Shown here piece after piece: positions 1-9,417 of a stretch of 64,000 bases of DNA (positions within the stretch are counted from its first letter, which is position 1; each line of letters begins with the position of its first letter). The notes under the pieces are model-generated. The model saw nothing but the letters and a program-made list of their open reading frames with translations, had not been told where the DNA came from and ran no database searches. This DNA is from an uncultured Lentisphaerales bacterium (GTDB taxonomy: Bacteria > Verrucomicrobiota > Lentisphaeria > JABSQK01 > UBA12247): NCBI GenBank assembly GCA_943788985.1, contig CALSSJ010000002.1, forward strand, positions 1 through 64,000, read 5' to 3'. The position numbers were made by a program, and so were the translations under genes.

Positions 1-1126
1 CTATGTCGAAGCGGAGGCGCTGTTTCTCAAGGCGGTCGCCTTACAGCCCCAGCAACCGGGGATTCACAGCGCTCTAGCCCACGTCTGCCTGGCCATGCAT
101 CGCCTGCAAGCTGCCGAGACCCACGCCCGCGCCGCGCTGGCGCTCGATCCGCAGTTTTTTTCCGGCGCAGGTGAATCTCTGCCATGCTCTGGCCCGACAA
201 GGACGCCCAAATGAAGCGATCGGTCTGGCACGCGGGATTTTTGAACAGCACGGCGGGGGCGAGAACTGGGTGTTGTTGGGGCGAATTGCGCAGATGAATG
301 GCGACGCCGAAACCATGCGCATGGCCTTCGAGCGAGCTCTCGAGCTGGAGCCGCAGAATGTGCAGGCGCTCAACGGCTGTGCGATGGGCGCTGCTGGAGC
401 GCAAGCAGCTCACTCCGGCCCGTGAGCTGTTGGCGAAGGCCGCCAGTATCCGGGCAGACGATCCGTACGTGCTCGCCTGTCAGGGCGCCTTGGCGCTGGC
501 CGAGCAGAACCCGCGCCTGGCGATCGACCTGTTGTATGCGGCGATCGAGCGCGGGGGCGACGGACATCGCGACTCAGGGGGCGCTGGCTCAGGCCTTGGC
601 AGCGGCTGGCGAGAACGAAAAGGCGCAAGTCGTGACCCGCTCGCTCACCAAGCAGTATCCGCACGCGGCGTTGCCGTGGCTCTTGACCGTGAATCTCGGC
701 GGGGCCGATGCGGCGGCGCTGACGACCGCCGCGAGGCAATTGGACGCCTTGTTCGACGCAGGCCAGCGAATGTCGCCATTGCTGACCACTCTCGGGCAGC
801 TCCACTTGCAGCACGGGCGCGCTGAGCGTGCGGTAGAAATCCTCGGCGAGGCCGCTCGCAGAACTCCGGATCGCCCGGCGGCTCATAACAATTTGGGCAA
901 GGCACTGGCGCGCAGCGGCGACAGCAACGGGGCTGTCGAGTCCTTCAACGAGGCAATTCGGCTCGATCCTCAGTACGCTGGTGGCCACTTCAACCTGGGC
1001 GTGGTTCTCGTGCGACTCGGCAAGCGCCAGTTGGGCTTGCAGCACCTGGATCGCGCCGTCGAATTGGCGCCGAGTAATTCCGCCTTCGCGGCCGCCCTGG
1101 CGAAGATTCGCGAGTCTGCGAAGTAG
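1..1126 (+). CDS. Tetratricopeptide repeat protein, 5'-truncated by window edge, with three apparent +1 frameshifts
   Basis: TPR motifs (AHNNLGKALARSGD, FNEAIRLDPQYAGGHFNLG) run on across frames; shifts at the T7 run ~155-161, GGG ~387-389 and G5 ~553-557. Confidence 0.8.
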
Positions 1127-1128
1127 CG

Positions 1129-1380
1129 ATGGATCTGAAGAATCGAAAATGGATCTATCTGAAGGCCATTCGATTTGTCTTCATCGGCTGCGGTTATTTC
1201 GGGCTCGTGCTGATGGAAGTCCCGTCCGCAACAGTGGCCGTGTACCTCCTACTCATGATCTGGGCATTTTGTCGCGCCAATTACTTCGCCTTCTACGTCA
1301 TTGGCAAGTACGTGGATCCCAGCTACAAATTCTCCGGCCTGATCAGCTTTTCGCAGTGTCTAGCAGGCAGAAAGGACTGA
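1129..1380 (+). CDS. Small membrane hypothetical protein (83 aa)
   Basis: Two hydrophobic segments and WAFCRxxYFAFYVIxKYVDPxYKFSG motif; starts 2 nt after the TPR stop. Confidence 0.7.
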   Translation: MDLKNRKWIYLKAIRFVFIGCGYFGLVLMEVPSATVAVYLLLMIWAFCRANYFAFYVIGKYVDPSYKFSGLISFSQCLAGRKD

Positions 1381-1513
1381 GCGTGGCCCACAGGACGATC
1401 TTGAATTGCCAATTGGGCGCTGCTAGGCTTTTGCCGTAGGAGCGCATGAATTATCCAGGCTGGCTCGTATCTTAGAGTCAAGCGCCAGCCCTGAAAACCA
1501 TGAGGACGATCTG

Positions 1514-2327
1514 ATGAAACTAAAATTCTTTAAATGTGACTTGGGGCATGGAACACCTGGGGGAGCCGCTGACTCGCCTGCAGACCTACAAGGAAGCCGG
1601 CTACGACGGGATTGAGTGCGCTAATATCGGCATGGACCCGGAGCCGTTCGCAGATGCCTGCGACGAGCTCGGGTTGGAATACATCGCCATGATGTTCTGC
1701 GCTACCGAAGAGGACTTTCGCAGGCAACTCGTGCAGGTGCAACGCACCCGCCCGGTCCTGGTCAACTGCCATCCCGGACGCGACCACTACGACTTCGAGC
1801 GAGGATGCGCCTTCTTTCGATCGGTGATGTCCATGGCCGCAGACAGCGGGCTTGAGGTGGTCTACGAGACACATCGGACCCGGTGCTTGTACGCGCCCTG
1901 GACCACGGCGCGGTATCTTGAGGCAATCCCTGAGCTGCGCATTTGTGCAGATTTAAGCCACTTTACAACCGTCGCCGAGAACCCACTGAGCGATGGCCTA
2001 TACAGGTCATTCATGGACATCGCGATCGCGCGCACAGACCACATCCACGCGCGCGTGGGGCATCTGCATGGCCCGCAGGTATCAGATCCGCGGATTGGTG
2101 AGGGCTTGCGCTGGACCGAGCATTTCGAGGCCTGGTGGGATGCCATCATCGAAGCACGCCTGGCTGAGGGCCGCGAAATCATGACGGTGAACCCGGAACT
2201 CGGGCCGCCCGCGTATCAGCCCACCCACCCGGTGACCGGCGAACCGTTGTCCGATATCTGGGAATGCTGTCAGTTTATTGTCGAGCGATTTCGCGAGCGC
2301 TGGGCTGGCCGCGTAGAGCTCAGCTAG
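1514..2327 (+). CDS. Sugar phosphate isomerase/epimerase (xylose-isomerase-like TIM barrel), probable frameshift near 1536
   Basis: GYDGIE, YETHR, DLSHF, HIHARVG, PELGPPAY motifs; GAGGA SD precedes ATG 1514 (MKLKFFK), which is out of frame with the main ORF 1536-2327. Confidence 0.8.
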
Positions 2328-2379
2328 CAGTGTGCTGCCTGCGGTAGCTTGGGGGCCCCTGAATCGCAGTTCCCTACGT

Positions 2380-2601
2380 GGCTTGTTCGGCTATGACGCC
2401 ATCGTCGTGTCCTCTCCGTTTCAACTATGTTTGGGGTCGCTGGAGTCATTGCAGATGAATTTGGGCTAAGAAAATGCTGATTATCGCCTCGAGCATCATC
2501 TTTATTTCAGCCGTATAGCGCGGGTTTCCTCATCGGTAGCCCACCTGATTTCGGCTCGGCTTCTCGGAGGGATAGGCGCAGGAGTGGCTGCCACGGTGTG
2601 A
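2380..2601 (+). pseudogene. Decayed sugar-porter (MFS, XylE/GalP-like) fragment
   Basis: Broken frames read GLFGYDAIVVS ... AGVIADEFG ... KKMLIIASSIIFISA ... LISARLLGGIGAGVAATV, matching the N-terminal TM motifs of sugar porters. Confidence 0.65.
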
Positions 2602-3382
2602 GGCCTTGAAAGAGTAGATGGCTCAGTGCTCAGCGTCAAAATTCCCATCAATGGCATGGGCTCGCAGCTGACGGCCTTGGCTCAGGCCCTATTTTCTGTC
2701 GCCGCATCAGTAGTAATCGAAAGAAAAGTGGCTCTGCCCCCGTGAAAGTTTCTATCGGTGAGCGACGGGGAACGGAGCTGTTCCGTGAAGTGGGGGGCAT
2801 TGTAATGAAGCCGACAGTCGCCGCATGTTTGGCCTTGTCTCCGGGGACACGGTGGTCCCGCCCCATTCGCGGAGGTAGGTGCTTCTCTTAGGGTAACGAG
2901 CGGCCCGCCTTCACGGGCCGATAATTGGCACCTTGGGCATCGTGGAGTCTCTACGATGCCGTTTGGATCGCAGATGAATGAAGGGACCGTGACCTGCAGC
3001 GTCGGTGGCAGGTCCCTCATGAGGCGCTGCGGCCGGCGAGGCCCGCAACGGCGTGAAGCGCATCAAAGTAGCGCCGGTAGCCAGCGGCGAGAACCGGCAA
3101 GTGGCCGGGGGCTTGGACAGATTACTGGGTGGCAATCGGGCCCCTCGGCGCGGCCTCCCGCGGGCCTTCCGCGATGCATCGAAATTACTGGCCGTTCAGG
3201 CAGGAATCAGGCAGGACAAAGAGAAGGTTTCGGCCATTTTTTTTTGCCAAAATGGGAAGATTACTTAACCAGTTAGCTGCCAATAGGTTACGATGATTTT
3301 TGTGGGTAGAGTTTGTCTGTCTGGGTTGCGGAGTCGCTTGCCCTCGCTAGATTGATCTCATCAACGTTCTGCGCAGCTAATC

Positions 3383-3391
3383 GTATTCACA
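3383..3391 (+). promoter_or_regulatory. Possible DnaA box upstream of dnaA (autoregulation)
   Basis: GTATTCACA, 1 mismatch to TTWTNCACA; a weaker TGTGGGTAG lies at 3301-3309. Confidence 0.25.
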
Positions 3392-3437
3392 ATTGGCGAG
3401 CATACCCCACCCATTTGTCTGGAGTTTTTCGCAGCAC

Positions 3438-4865
3438 ATGCAGCACGATTCACTATGGGACAAAACACGCATTGAGCTGATCGAACGGCTCGATCGTGAT
3501 ACGTATGAGCGGTACCTCGCGGGTGTCGTGCCACTGTCATACAGCAACGAGAAAGGCCTGTTTGTCTTGGGCACGCAGAACGATCTGCTGACCATGTGGC
3601 TGGAGTCGAACTACGGCGCGTTGATTGCCGAGATTGTGGGTGAGATCCTTTCATGCCGAGTGGCCGTCCATTTCCAGAAGTACGTGGCCGAGACCGACGG
3701 GGCAATCGCTGTCCCGGCTAACGAGCCTAGAGCGCAATCACCAGCACCCGTGCGCAAAGCCGCGGCCCGTCCACGTGGCGGTCCAAAGACAAAGCCGTCA
3801 ACGCGTCGGGCTCCGTCTACGAAGTCCGCAGCTGCGGAGCCGGAAGAACGCACAATTCGCCCGGATTACACCTTTGATTCTTTTGTGGTCGGGGACAATG
3901 CGCGGACCGCGTTTGCCGCTGCGACTGCGGTGTCTGATAACCCGGGAAGGGTCTACAACCCGCTATTCCTCTATGGCCGAGTTGGCCTGGGCAAGACGCA
4001 CCTGCTGCAAGCCATCGGCAATACGCTTTACGATCGTCGCAAACGCGCCAAGGTCTGCTACTTGACCAGCGAGGAGTTCGTGAATCGCTACGTCGAGGCG
4101 CTGCAGGCTGGCACACTTACGAAGTTTCGGCGCCAGATGCGCAGTCTCGATATGCTGCTGATCGATGACATCCAGTTCCTCGAAGGCAAGGTGAGCTCCT
4201 CAGAGGAGTTCTTCCATACCTTCAATGCCTTACACAACGCGCACAAGCAGATCGTGTTTACTGCGGACCGCACGCCTGCGCAGCTCAATGGCTTGGACGA
4301 TCGCATGGTCTCACGTTTTGGCGGTGGCCTGCACGAAGAGCTGCACGCCCCAGATTTTGAGACGCGCGCTGCGATTCTGCGGACCAAGCAGGAGCATCAC
4401 AAGAAGAAGCTGTCGGATGACGTCATCTACTTGATTGCCCGCCGGGTCCGGTCCAACATTCGCAATCTCGAGAGCGCACTGACCAAGCTGGTGATGAATA
4501 TGACGGCGTTTGGCGGAGAAATGACCGTCACTCGCGCTGAGGAGTTGTTGGCCGATAAGTTTGATGCGGAGGTCGCCCAGCAGGTTAATATCGCGACCAT
4601 CCAGAAGCAGGTCGCGAGCTATTTTGAGATCCGTCTGGGGGAGATGTTGAGTGTGAAGCGTCCGCGGAACATCGCTGAACCGCGGATGGTAGCCATGTAT
4701 CTTTCGCGCCAGATGACCGATCAGTCGCTACCAGCGATTGGCAAGTCCTTTGAGCGGAACCACGCCACCGTAATCCACGCCATTGACCGGATCGAGAACA
4801 AGATGGCCAAGGACGAGAACTTCCGCTCGATCGTGAATCAGCTGGAACGCCAGCTGCGAAGCTAG
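3438..4865 (+). CDS. dnaA: Chromosomal replication initiator protein DnaA
   Basis: YTFDSFVVG, YNPLFLYGRVGLGKTHLL (Walker A), LLIDDIQFL, EEFFHTFN, domain IV RNHATVIHA; start placed at ATG 3438 (ORF open from 3393). Confidence 0.97.
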   Translation: MQHDSLWDKTRIELIERLDRDTYERYLAGVVPLSYSNEKGLFVLGTQNDLLTMWLESNYGALIAEIVGEILSCRVAVHFQKYVAETDGAIAVPANEPRAQSPAPVRKAAARPRGGPKTKPSTRRAPSTKSAAAEPEERTIRPDYTFDSFVVGDNARTAFAAATAVSDNPGRVYNPLFLYGRVGLGKTHLLQAIGNTLYDRRKRAKVCYLTSEEFVNRYVEALQAGTLTKFRRQMRSLDMLLIDDIQFLEGKVSSSEEFFHTFNALHNAHKQIVFTADRTPAQLNGLDDRMVSRFGGGLHEELHAPDFETRAAILRTKQEHHKKKLSDDVIYLIARRVRSNIRNLESALTKLVMNMTAFGGEMTVTRAEELLADKFDAEVAQQVNIATIQKQVASYFEIRLGEMLSVKRPRNIAEPRMVAMYLSRQMTDQSLPAIGKSFERNHATVIHAIDRIENKMAKDENFRSIVNQLERQLRS

Positions 4866-4868
4866 CCT

Positions 4869-6158
4869 ATGTTTTCGCTGCGAGTCAGCGCCTATCTTGC
4901 GCTGCGTTACCTTTCTCCGCGTCGTTCTCCGGTTTCTTGGATCACGCTTCTGTTATCTGTGCTTGGCCCAATGCTGGGCGTGGCGCTGCTGATTGTGGTC
5001 TTGGCCGTGATGGCCGGTTTCAACGAGAATATCCGGGCTAAGATTCTTGGCGTGCAGGCGCACCTGCAGCTGTTGCCGATGAACGCGGCCTACATCGAAG
5101 ACCCAGAGCCTGTTTTGCTGCGACTGGAAGAGCTCGGCCTGGCTGCGGCCCCGGTCGTGACGGGCCCCGTCCCGATCCAGTTGGAAGAGACTGGTGTGTT
5201 CGACATCAAGTTTATCCGTGGGATCGATCCGGAACGGGAACCCAGGGTGTCGCAGCTCGAGAATGCGCTAGATACCGGGAGTTTGGCGCTGAGGGAGGAT
5301 GAGTTGTTGATCGGCAGGCCGACCGCGTACAAGCTTGGCTTGGGCATCGGCGACAAGCTGATCATACATGCACCGGCCAAGCTGAGCCGCATGGTCGATC
5401 TGAAACGTGGTGAGCCAACGAATGACGTGCCGAGTGAAGTCTACGTTCCGGATGAGTTGACGGTTAGCGGCATCTTTAGCCTCGGCATGCATGACTATGA
5501 CTCCTCGGTGATCATCTGTCACCTGGAGCGGGCCGATGATTTGTTCGGCTACCCCTGGGGTGCTGCGACCGCGATCCAGCTGAATACCGAGGATCCGTTC
5601 AAGCTGCGCGAGATTACACAGCAGCTTCAGCAGGATCCGGCATTTTCCGGGCTGTCTGTGCTCACCTGGCAACAGGCGAATCGACAGCTCTTCGATGCCC
5701 TACAGGTCGAGAAGAATATGATGTTTTTCCTGCTGATCCCGATCACCGTGGTCGCTGCCTTTGGCATCTTTACCACGCTGATCACGGTAGTCGTGCGCAA
5801 AACCCGTGAGATCGGTATTCTCAAGGCGATTGGCACAACGCCACCCACGATCTGGCTGATTTTCGTGATTCAAGGCACACTGGTGGGCTTGGTCGGCAAT
5901 GTAGGCGGAACCATTTTGGGGCTGCAGATCATCAAGTATCGCGACGACCTGGCGGAGCTGCTTAGCCGCCTTTGGGGGGTGGAGATTTTTCCGCAGGAGC
6001 TGTACAAGCTGAGTGAGATTCCAGCCAAGGTGATCAGTGCTGACGTGACCACGATTCTGGTCAGCGCCCAGCTCATCTGCATTCTAGCCTCTTTTTTCCC
6101 GGCCTTCTACGCGTCCTTCCTACGTCCTGCCGATGCCCTGCATACGGGGGTTGAGTGA
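4869..6158 (+). CDS. lolE: Lipoprotein-releasing ABC transporter permease LolC/E family
   Basis: LGVALLIVVLAVMAGF, EKNMMFF, KTREIGILKAIG, PADAL; adjacent to a LolD-like ATPase. Confidence 0.85.
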   Translation: MFSLRVSAYLALRYLSPRRSPVSWITLLLSVLGPMLGVALLIVVLAVMAGFNENIRAKILGVQAHLQLLPMNAAYIEDPEPVLLRLEELGLAAAPVVTGPVPIQLEETGVFDIKFIRGIDPEREPRVSQLENALDTGSLALREDELLIGRPTAYKLGLGIGDKLIIHAPAKLSRMVDLKRGEPTNDVPSEVYVPDELTVSGIFSLGMHDYDSSVIICHLERADDLFGYPWGAATAIQLNTEDPFKLREITQQLQQDPAFSGLSVLTWQQANRQLFDALQVEKNMMFFLLIPITVVAAFGIFTTLITVVVRKTREIGILKAIGTTPPTIWLIFVIQGTLVGLVGNVGGTILGLQIIKYRDDLAELLSRLWGVEIFPQELYKLSEIPAKVISADVTTILVSAQLICILASFFPAFYASFLRPADALHTGVE

Positions 6159-6829
6159 TGCCCGCACTGGTGGTTACGGATCTGCACAAGAGCTTTCGAC
6201 TCAAGCGCAACAAGTTACCAATTCTGCGGGCGCTGAACCTGACGGTTGAGGAAGGCGAGTTTGTGGTGCTGTGCGGAAGTTCCGGCTGCGGTAAGACCAC
6301 GCTGTTACATCTACTGGGCGCAATGGACCGCCCGGATCGCGGAGAAATTCAGTGTCTGGGGCGGAACCTGACCAGCTTAGGGATGCTTGGTCGAGCCCGG
6401 CTGCGTGCGCATCACCTCAGCTTTGTCTTTCAGTCCTTTCAGCTACTGAACGAGTTCACCGCGCTTGAAAATGTAGCGCTGGCGGGGCGCGTCGCCGGTC
6501 GCTCTGCCCGAGTGAGTCGGGATCGGGCCGCAGAGCTGCTGGGCAGCGTCGGGTTGGGCGATCGCATCGATCACTTGCCTACTGAGCTGTCCGGAGGCGA
6601 GCAACAGCGCGTGGCCATCGCCCGCTCGCTGATGAATGATCCGGAGTTGATCCTGGCGGACGAGCCGACCGGAAATCTTGATGACGCCAGCAGCGAGCAG
6701 GTTTTGAGCTCGCTACATGCTCTGCAGAAAGAGGGCAAGACCATCGTCATGGTCACCCATGACCGCCGGCTCGGCAAAGCCGCCGACCGCGTCCTCGAAT
6801 TGCAGGACGGCACGCTCATCGGCGGATGA
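6155..6829 (+). CDS. lolD: Lipoprotein-releasing ABC transporter ATP-binding protein
   Basis: GSSGCGKTT, LSGGEQQRVAIAR, LADEPTGNLD, VTHD. Confidence 0.85.
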   Translation: MMPALVVTDLHKSFRLKRNKLPILRALNLTVEEGEFVVLCGSSGCGKTTLLHLLGAMDRPDRGEIQCLGRNLTSLGMLGRARLRAHHLSFVFQSFQLLNEFTALENVALAGRVAGRSARVSRDRAAELLGSVGLGDRIDHLPTELSGGEQQRVAIARSLMNDPELILADEPTGNLDDASSEQVLSSLHALQKEGKTIVMVTHDRRLGKAADRVLELQDGTLIGG

Positions 6830-7202
6830 TTTCACGCCTCTTGGCGCTTTGCTTTGCAGACGACCACAGCGGCGAGAGACAGTCTGCTTATTTTCCAGGC
6901 TGGATGTTTGTCGTACTTGCGACTCTGTTCCCAGCCGGTAGCTCGCTGTTGAAGCTGTATGCCTTTCCGGCTCTGCAGGCCAGAGAACGGGTTTCATTGC
7001 CATAGCTCACCGTGATACGGTCAACACGTCCTGCGTACAGGGTGACACACGCAAGTCTGCCATCGCTCGAGGCGATGTCGAACGTCTGCCCACCTCGGAC
7101 CAGTACCGCATTGATCGATTATTCGGTATATTCGGTCGCCCAGTAGCACGAGAAAGGCGATGTTCGCTTCCCCGTGCGTCGTCCCATACGTAAAACATCT
7201 TT

Positions 7203-7394
7203 TCATTGCACACCTCCAATCTTCTCCCGCTCTTCGAGGGCGGCTTCGATGAGACGGCGCGTGCGTTCGTTTTCTCGCTGGAGTTGTTCTTCGCTGGGAA
7301 GGCTGGCCAGGTATTTGGAGGCAAAGATCTGATTGCGGTCGTTCAGCACGGGATCGCGGGACACAGTGTCGGATTTTTCGGTACAGAGAATGCG
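7203..7394 (-). pseudogene. C-terminal fragment of YhcG/DUF1016 PDDEXK nuclease-like protein
   Basis: ILCTEKSDTV...NQIFASKYLASLPSEEQLQRE resembles the DUF1016 C-terminus; N-terminus missing. Confidence 0.65.
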
Positions 7395-7653
7395 GCCATG
7401 GTCGAGGTTTTCCCCTTGAATGTTCCGATGGTGTAGGTGAGGAATCGGACGATGCAGCCATCTTCGGTCCATTCTCGCACAATCCGCATATCCAGCGGTT
7501 CACGAGCTGGATCATAGTCGGTCCATAGCGCCTCGGGCGTCTGCGGGAGGGGGTCAAGGCTCAGCGGCGGCAGGCTCTCGGCAAGCTGCTCACCACGTGC
7601 CAGAACGGAGAGTGCAAGCGAACAGATAATCATCAGGTACGGGGGGTGACCAT
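7390..7653 (-). pseudogene. N-terminal fragment of secreted dienelactone-hydrolase/esterase-like protein
   Basis: Signal-like segment then PQTPEALWTDYDPAREPLDMRIVREWTEDG...YTIGTFKGKTSTMAAF; breaks off into the DUF1016 fragment. Confidence 0.55.
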
Positions 7654-7740
7654 GGTCGCATCCAAGCTGAAATTGTTGAGTAGTAGAAACCGTGCGATGG
7701 GCACGAGATTGCTCCGCTGGGGCACGCCGCTTCAGTAGCA

Positions 7741-8040
7741 CTATGATCGTGGCCTGAAGGTCAGGACATCTCCGGCCTCAAAGTCGAAGTACAACCAGTC
7801 GTCTTTGTCGTCCATTGCGACGCCGAGACTACCAGCGTCAGAGCCGCTGTGGACCGGCTGCAGACCGCGCGTGTGTGAGCCCCGTATAACCGCAAGATTA
7901 CCCAGCTCTGGCGGGCAGTCCCCAAGGGGAATTCAAGTCGTCCACGTCTCCTCTGTGCCGTCGATGTAAACGGCGTCTTGGTGTGGTGTTGTAGGCGCAA
8001 CGTTGCGGGCAGGGAAAATCATGCGGCTGTTATTTCGACA
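7741..8040 (-). pseudogene. Phytanoyl-CoA dioxygenase (PhyH) family fragment
   Basis: Reads RMIFP..TTPHQDAVYIDGTEETWTT*IPLGDCPPELGNLAVIRGSH...DFEAGDVLTF; HxD motif; TGA at 7933-7935 at a usual Trp position. Confidence 0.7.
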
Positions 8041-8357
8041 AGTACGCGCGCATCGCCCGTCCGATCTCGTTTCTGGAGCACAGAGGCGTTACGCTTACAC
8101 TCGGGGACGACGCGAGTCGTACGAACCGTGCCCCAGACCTCAGCCGGTGCACCCAAGTAATTCGCTCTGCTACGTGCCGGAAATGGAATATCCAACAGCC
8201 AACAGCCGGAGCGAAGCGGAGACAGGCGAAGCGAATAATTTCCAATTTTCAAATGAAGACTATGCCACGCCACACTGGGAGGTTTATTGAGGTACGGAGC
8301 GAGTATTTCGTTCTGACACTATCAGATTTGCCAACGCAGTCGCTATAAGGAAACACA

Positions 8358-8549
8358 TCTACGAAGACACTCGTACCAGCTCTGCTGACCTTCGGTCCCA
8401 TCATGATGGTGATCGGGCTCAGCGGCAGGTCAAATACAGTGGGCACCATGATCGCCTACGCGGGGGCGCTGATGCTCTCTGTGGGCGGGGCATATCTGTT
8501 CAGCCAAGTAATCCGCCTGCGAGATCACAAAGAAGAAACTGAGAAATGA
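8358..8549 (+). pseudogene. Small two-TM membrane ORF with no clear start codon at its N-terminus
   Basis: STKTLVPALLTFGPIMMVIGLSG...IAYAGALMLSVGGAYLFSQV; AAGGA SD-like sequence directly upstream. Confidence 0.4.
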
Positions 8550-8575
8550 ACCGCATATGACAACCAGACTACTGC

Positions 8576-8707
8576 ATGAAGACGCTCATCGTATTACTGG
8601 CAGTTGTGCTGTCAATGATCGTGCCGACAAGCTCAGCGAAGGATAAGCCCCCAGCTCCGGAGAAGACGATGAAGCCTGCCAAGTCGCCAGTACAAGACCC
8701 GCCGTGA
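8576..8707 (+). CDS. Short signal-peptide-bearing ORF (43 aa), possibly truncated
   Basis: MKTLIVLLAVVLSMIVPTSSA followed by KDKPPAPEK; classic signal peptide. Confidence 0.4.
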   Translation: MKTLIVLLAVVLSMIVPTSSAKDKPPAPEKTMKPAKSPVQDPP

Positions 8708-9126
8708 GCTGTGGGGATGCCAGCAACCCGCGCCAGATCAGCGCGCAGGGATCCACAGGTCGAGGTGATAGGTGGTTGCCGCAGGGAACTGCTCGGCGGA
8801 CAGGAGGCTGGAGAGACGCACCCACTGGCCAGCCGCTGGCTAATCACGGTAGGCGTAGCCGAGCAGAGACTTCCAGTTTGAGCCGCCTTCGTTGAGGATT
8901 TAGCTGGTGCCGTGGCGCTCGTAGTAGTCGTGCTATGGATGCGACTCGGGGAGCCCAAAGCCCAAGGGCACTCGCTCGACGAAGATGTAGAGATCCGACC
9001 TGATGACTTCCTGGCCAGTATCGGTGTCCTCGATCAAAAACAAGTGCTTGTCACGGACGCAGACTAAGGCCAAGTCCGGGCTATCCGGCGCTTCGGTAGC
9101 GCAACTCCCAGCCACCGGTAGCGACA

Positions 9127-9251
9127 GCCTAACCAGCATAGCAGACCGACGCAGGCTCCCCATCTCCTCCCGCTTACCTGTCGTCGTCAAGGCACAATGA
9201 TGGATATCGGTTGTCCCGGAGCCGCGGGCTCCGCGACATATATCGTTCGGC
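9127..9251 (+). repeat. Degenerate attC-like site (copy 1)
   Basis: GCCTAAC (9127-9133) ... GTTCGGC (9245-9251); inner GCAGGCTC/GAGCCGC arms; central 37 bp identical to 14547-14583. Confidence 0.45.
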
Positions 9252-9417
9252 GCAAGTCGGAATTCTGACTCCCGGGGCTGCAAGGCGCCCACCACGATTG
9301 GCTTGACGGGTCCATATGTTAGTGAAGCGCTAGAAGAAGAGCAGAGTCCAGTAGATTCCCCAATGGCTTCTCACGCCCGAGCTCTGCCACCAGGCTGTGG
9401 GCAGTCCAGGTTTAAGT

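Noticed and set aside
1..1540. Frameshifts in the TPR and TIM-barrel genes as programmed frameshifting or phase variation
   Set aside because: Several +1 insertions clustered near the window start, mostly in short homopolymers; long-read error is the simpler explanation
7021..7206. Cys-containing 61-aa ORF as MNIO precursor
   Set aside because: No signal peptide or repeated Cys motif, about 48 kb from the MNIO gene and inside a fragment-rich region
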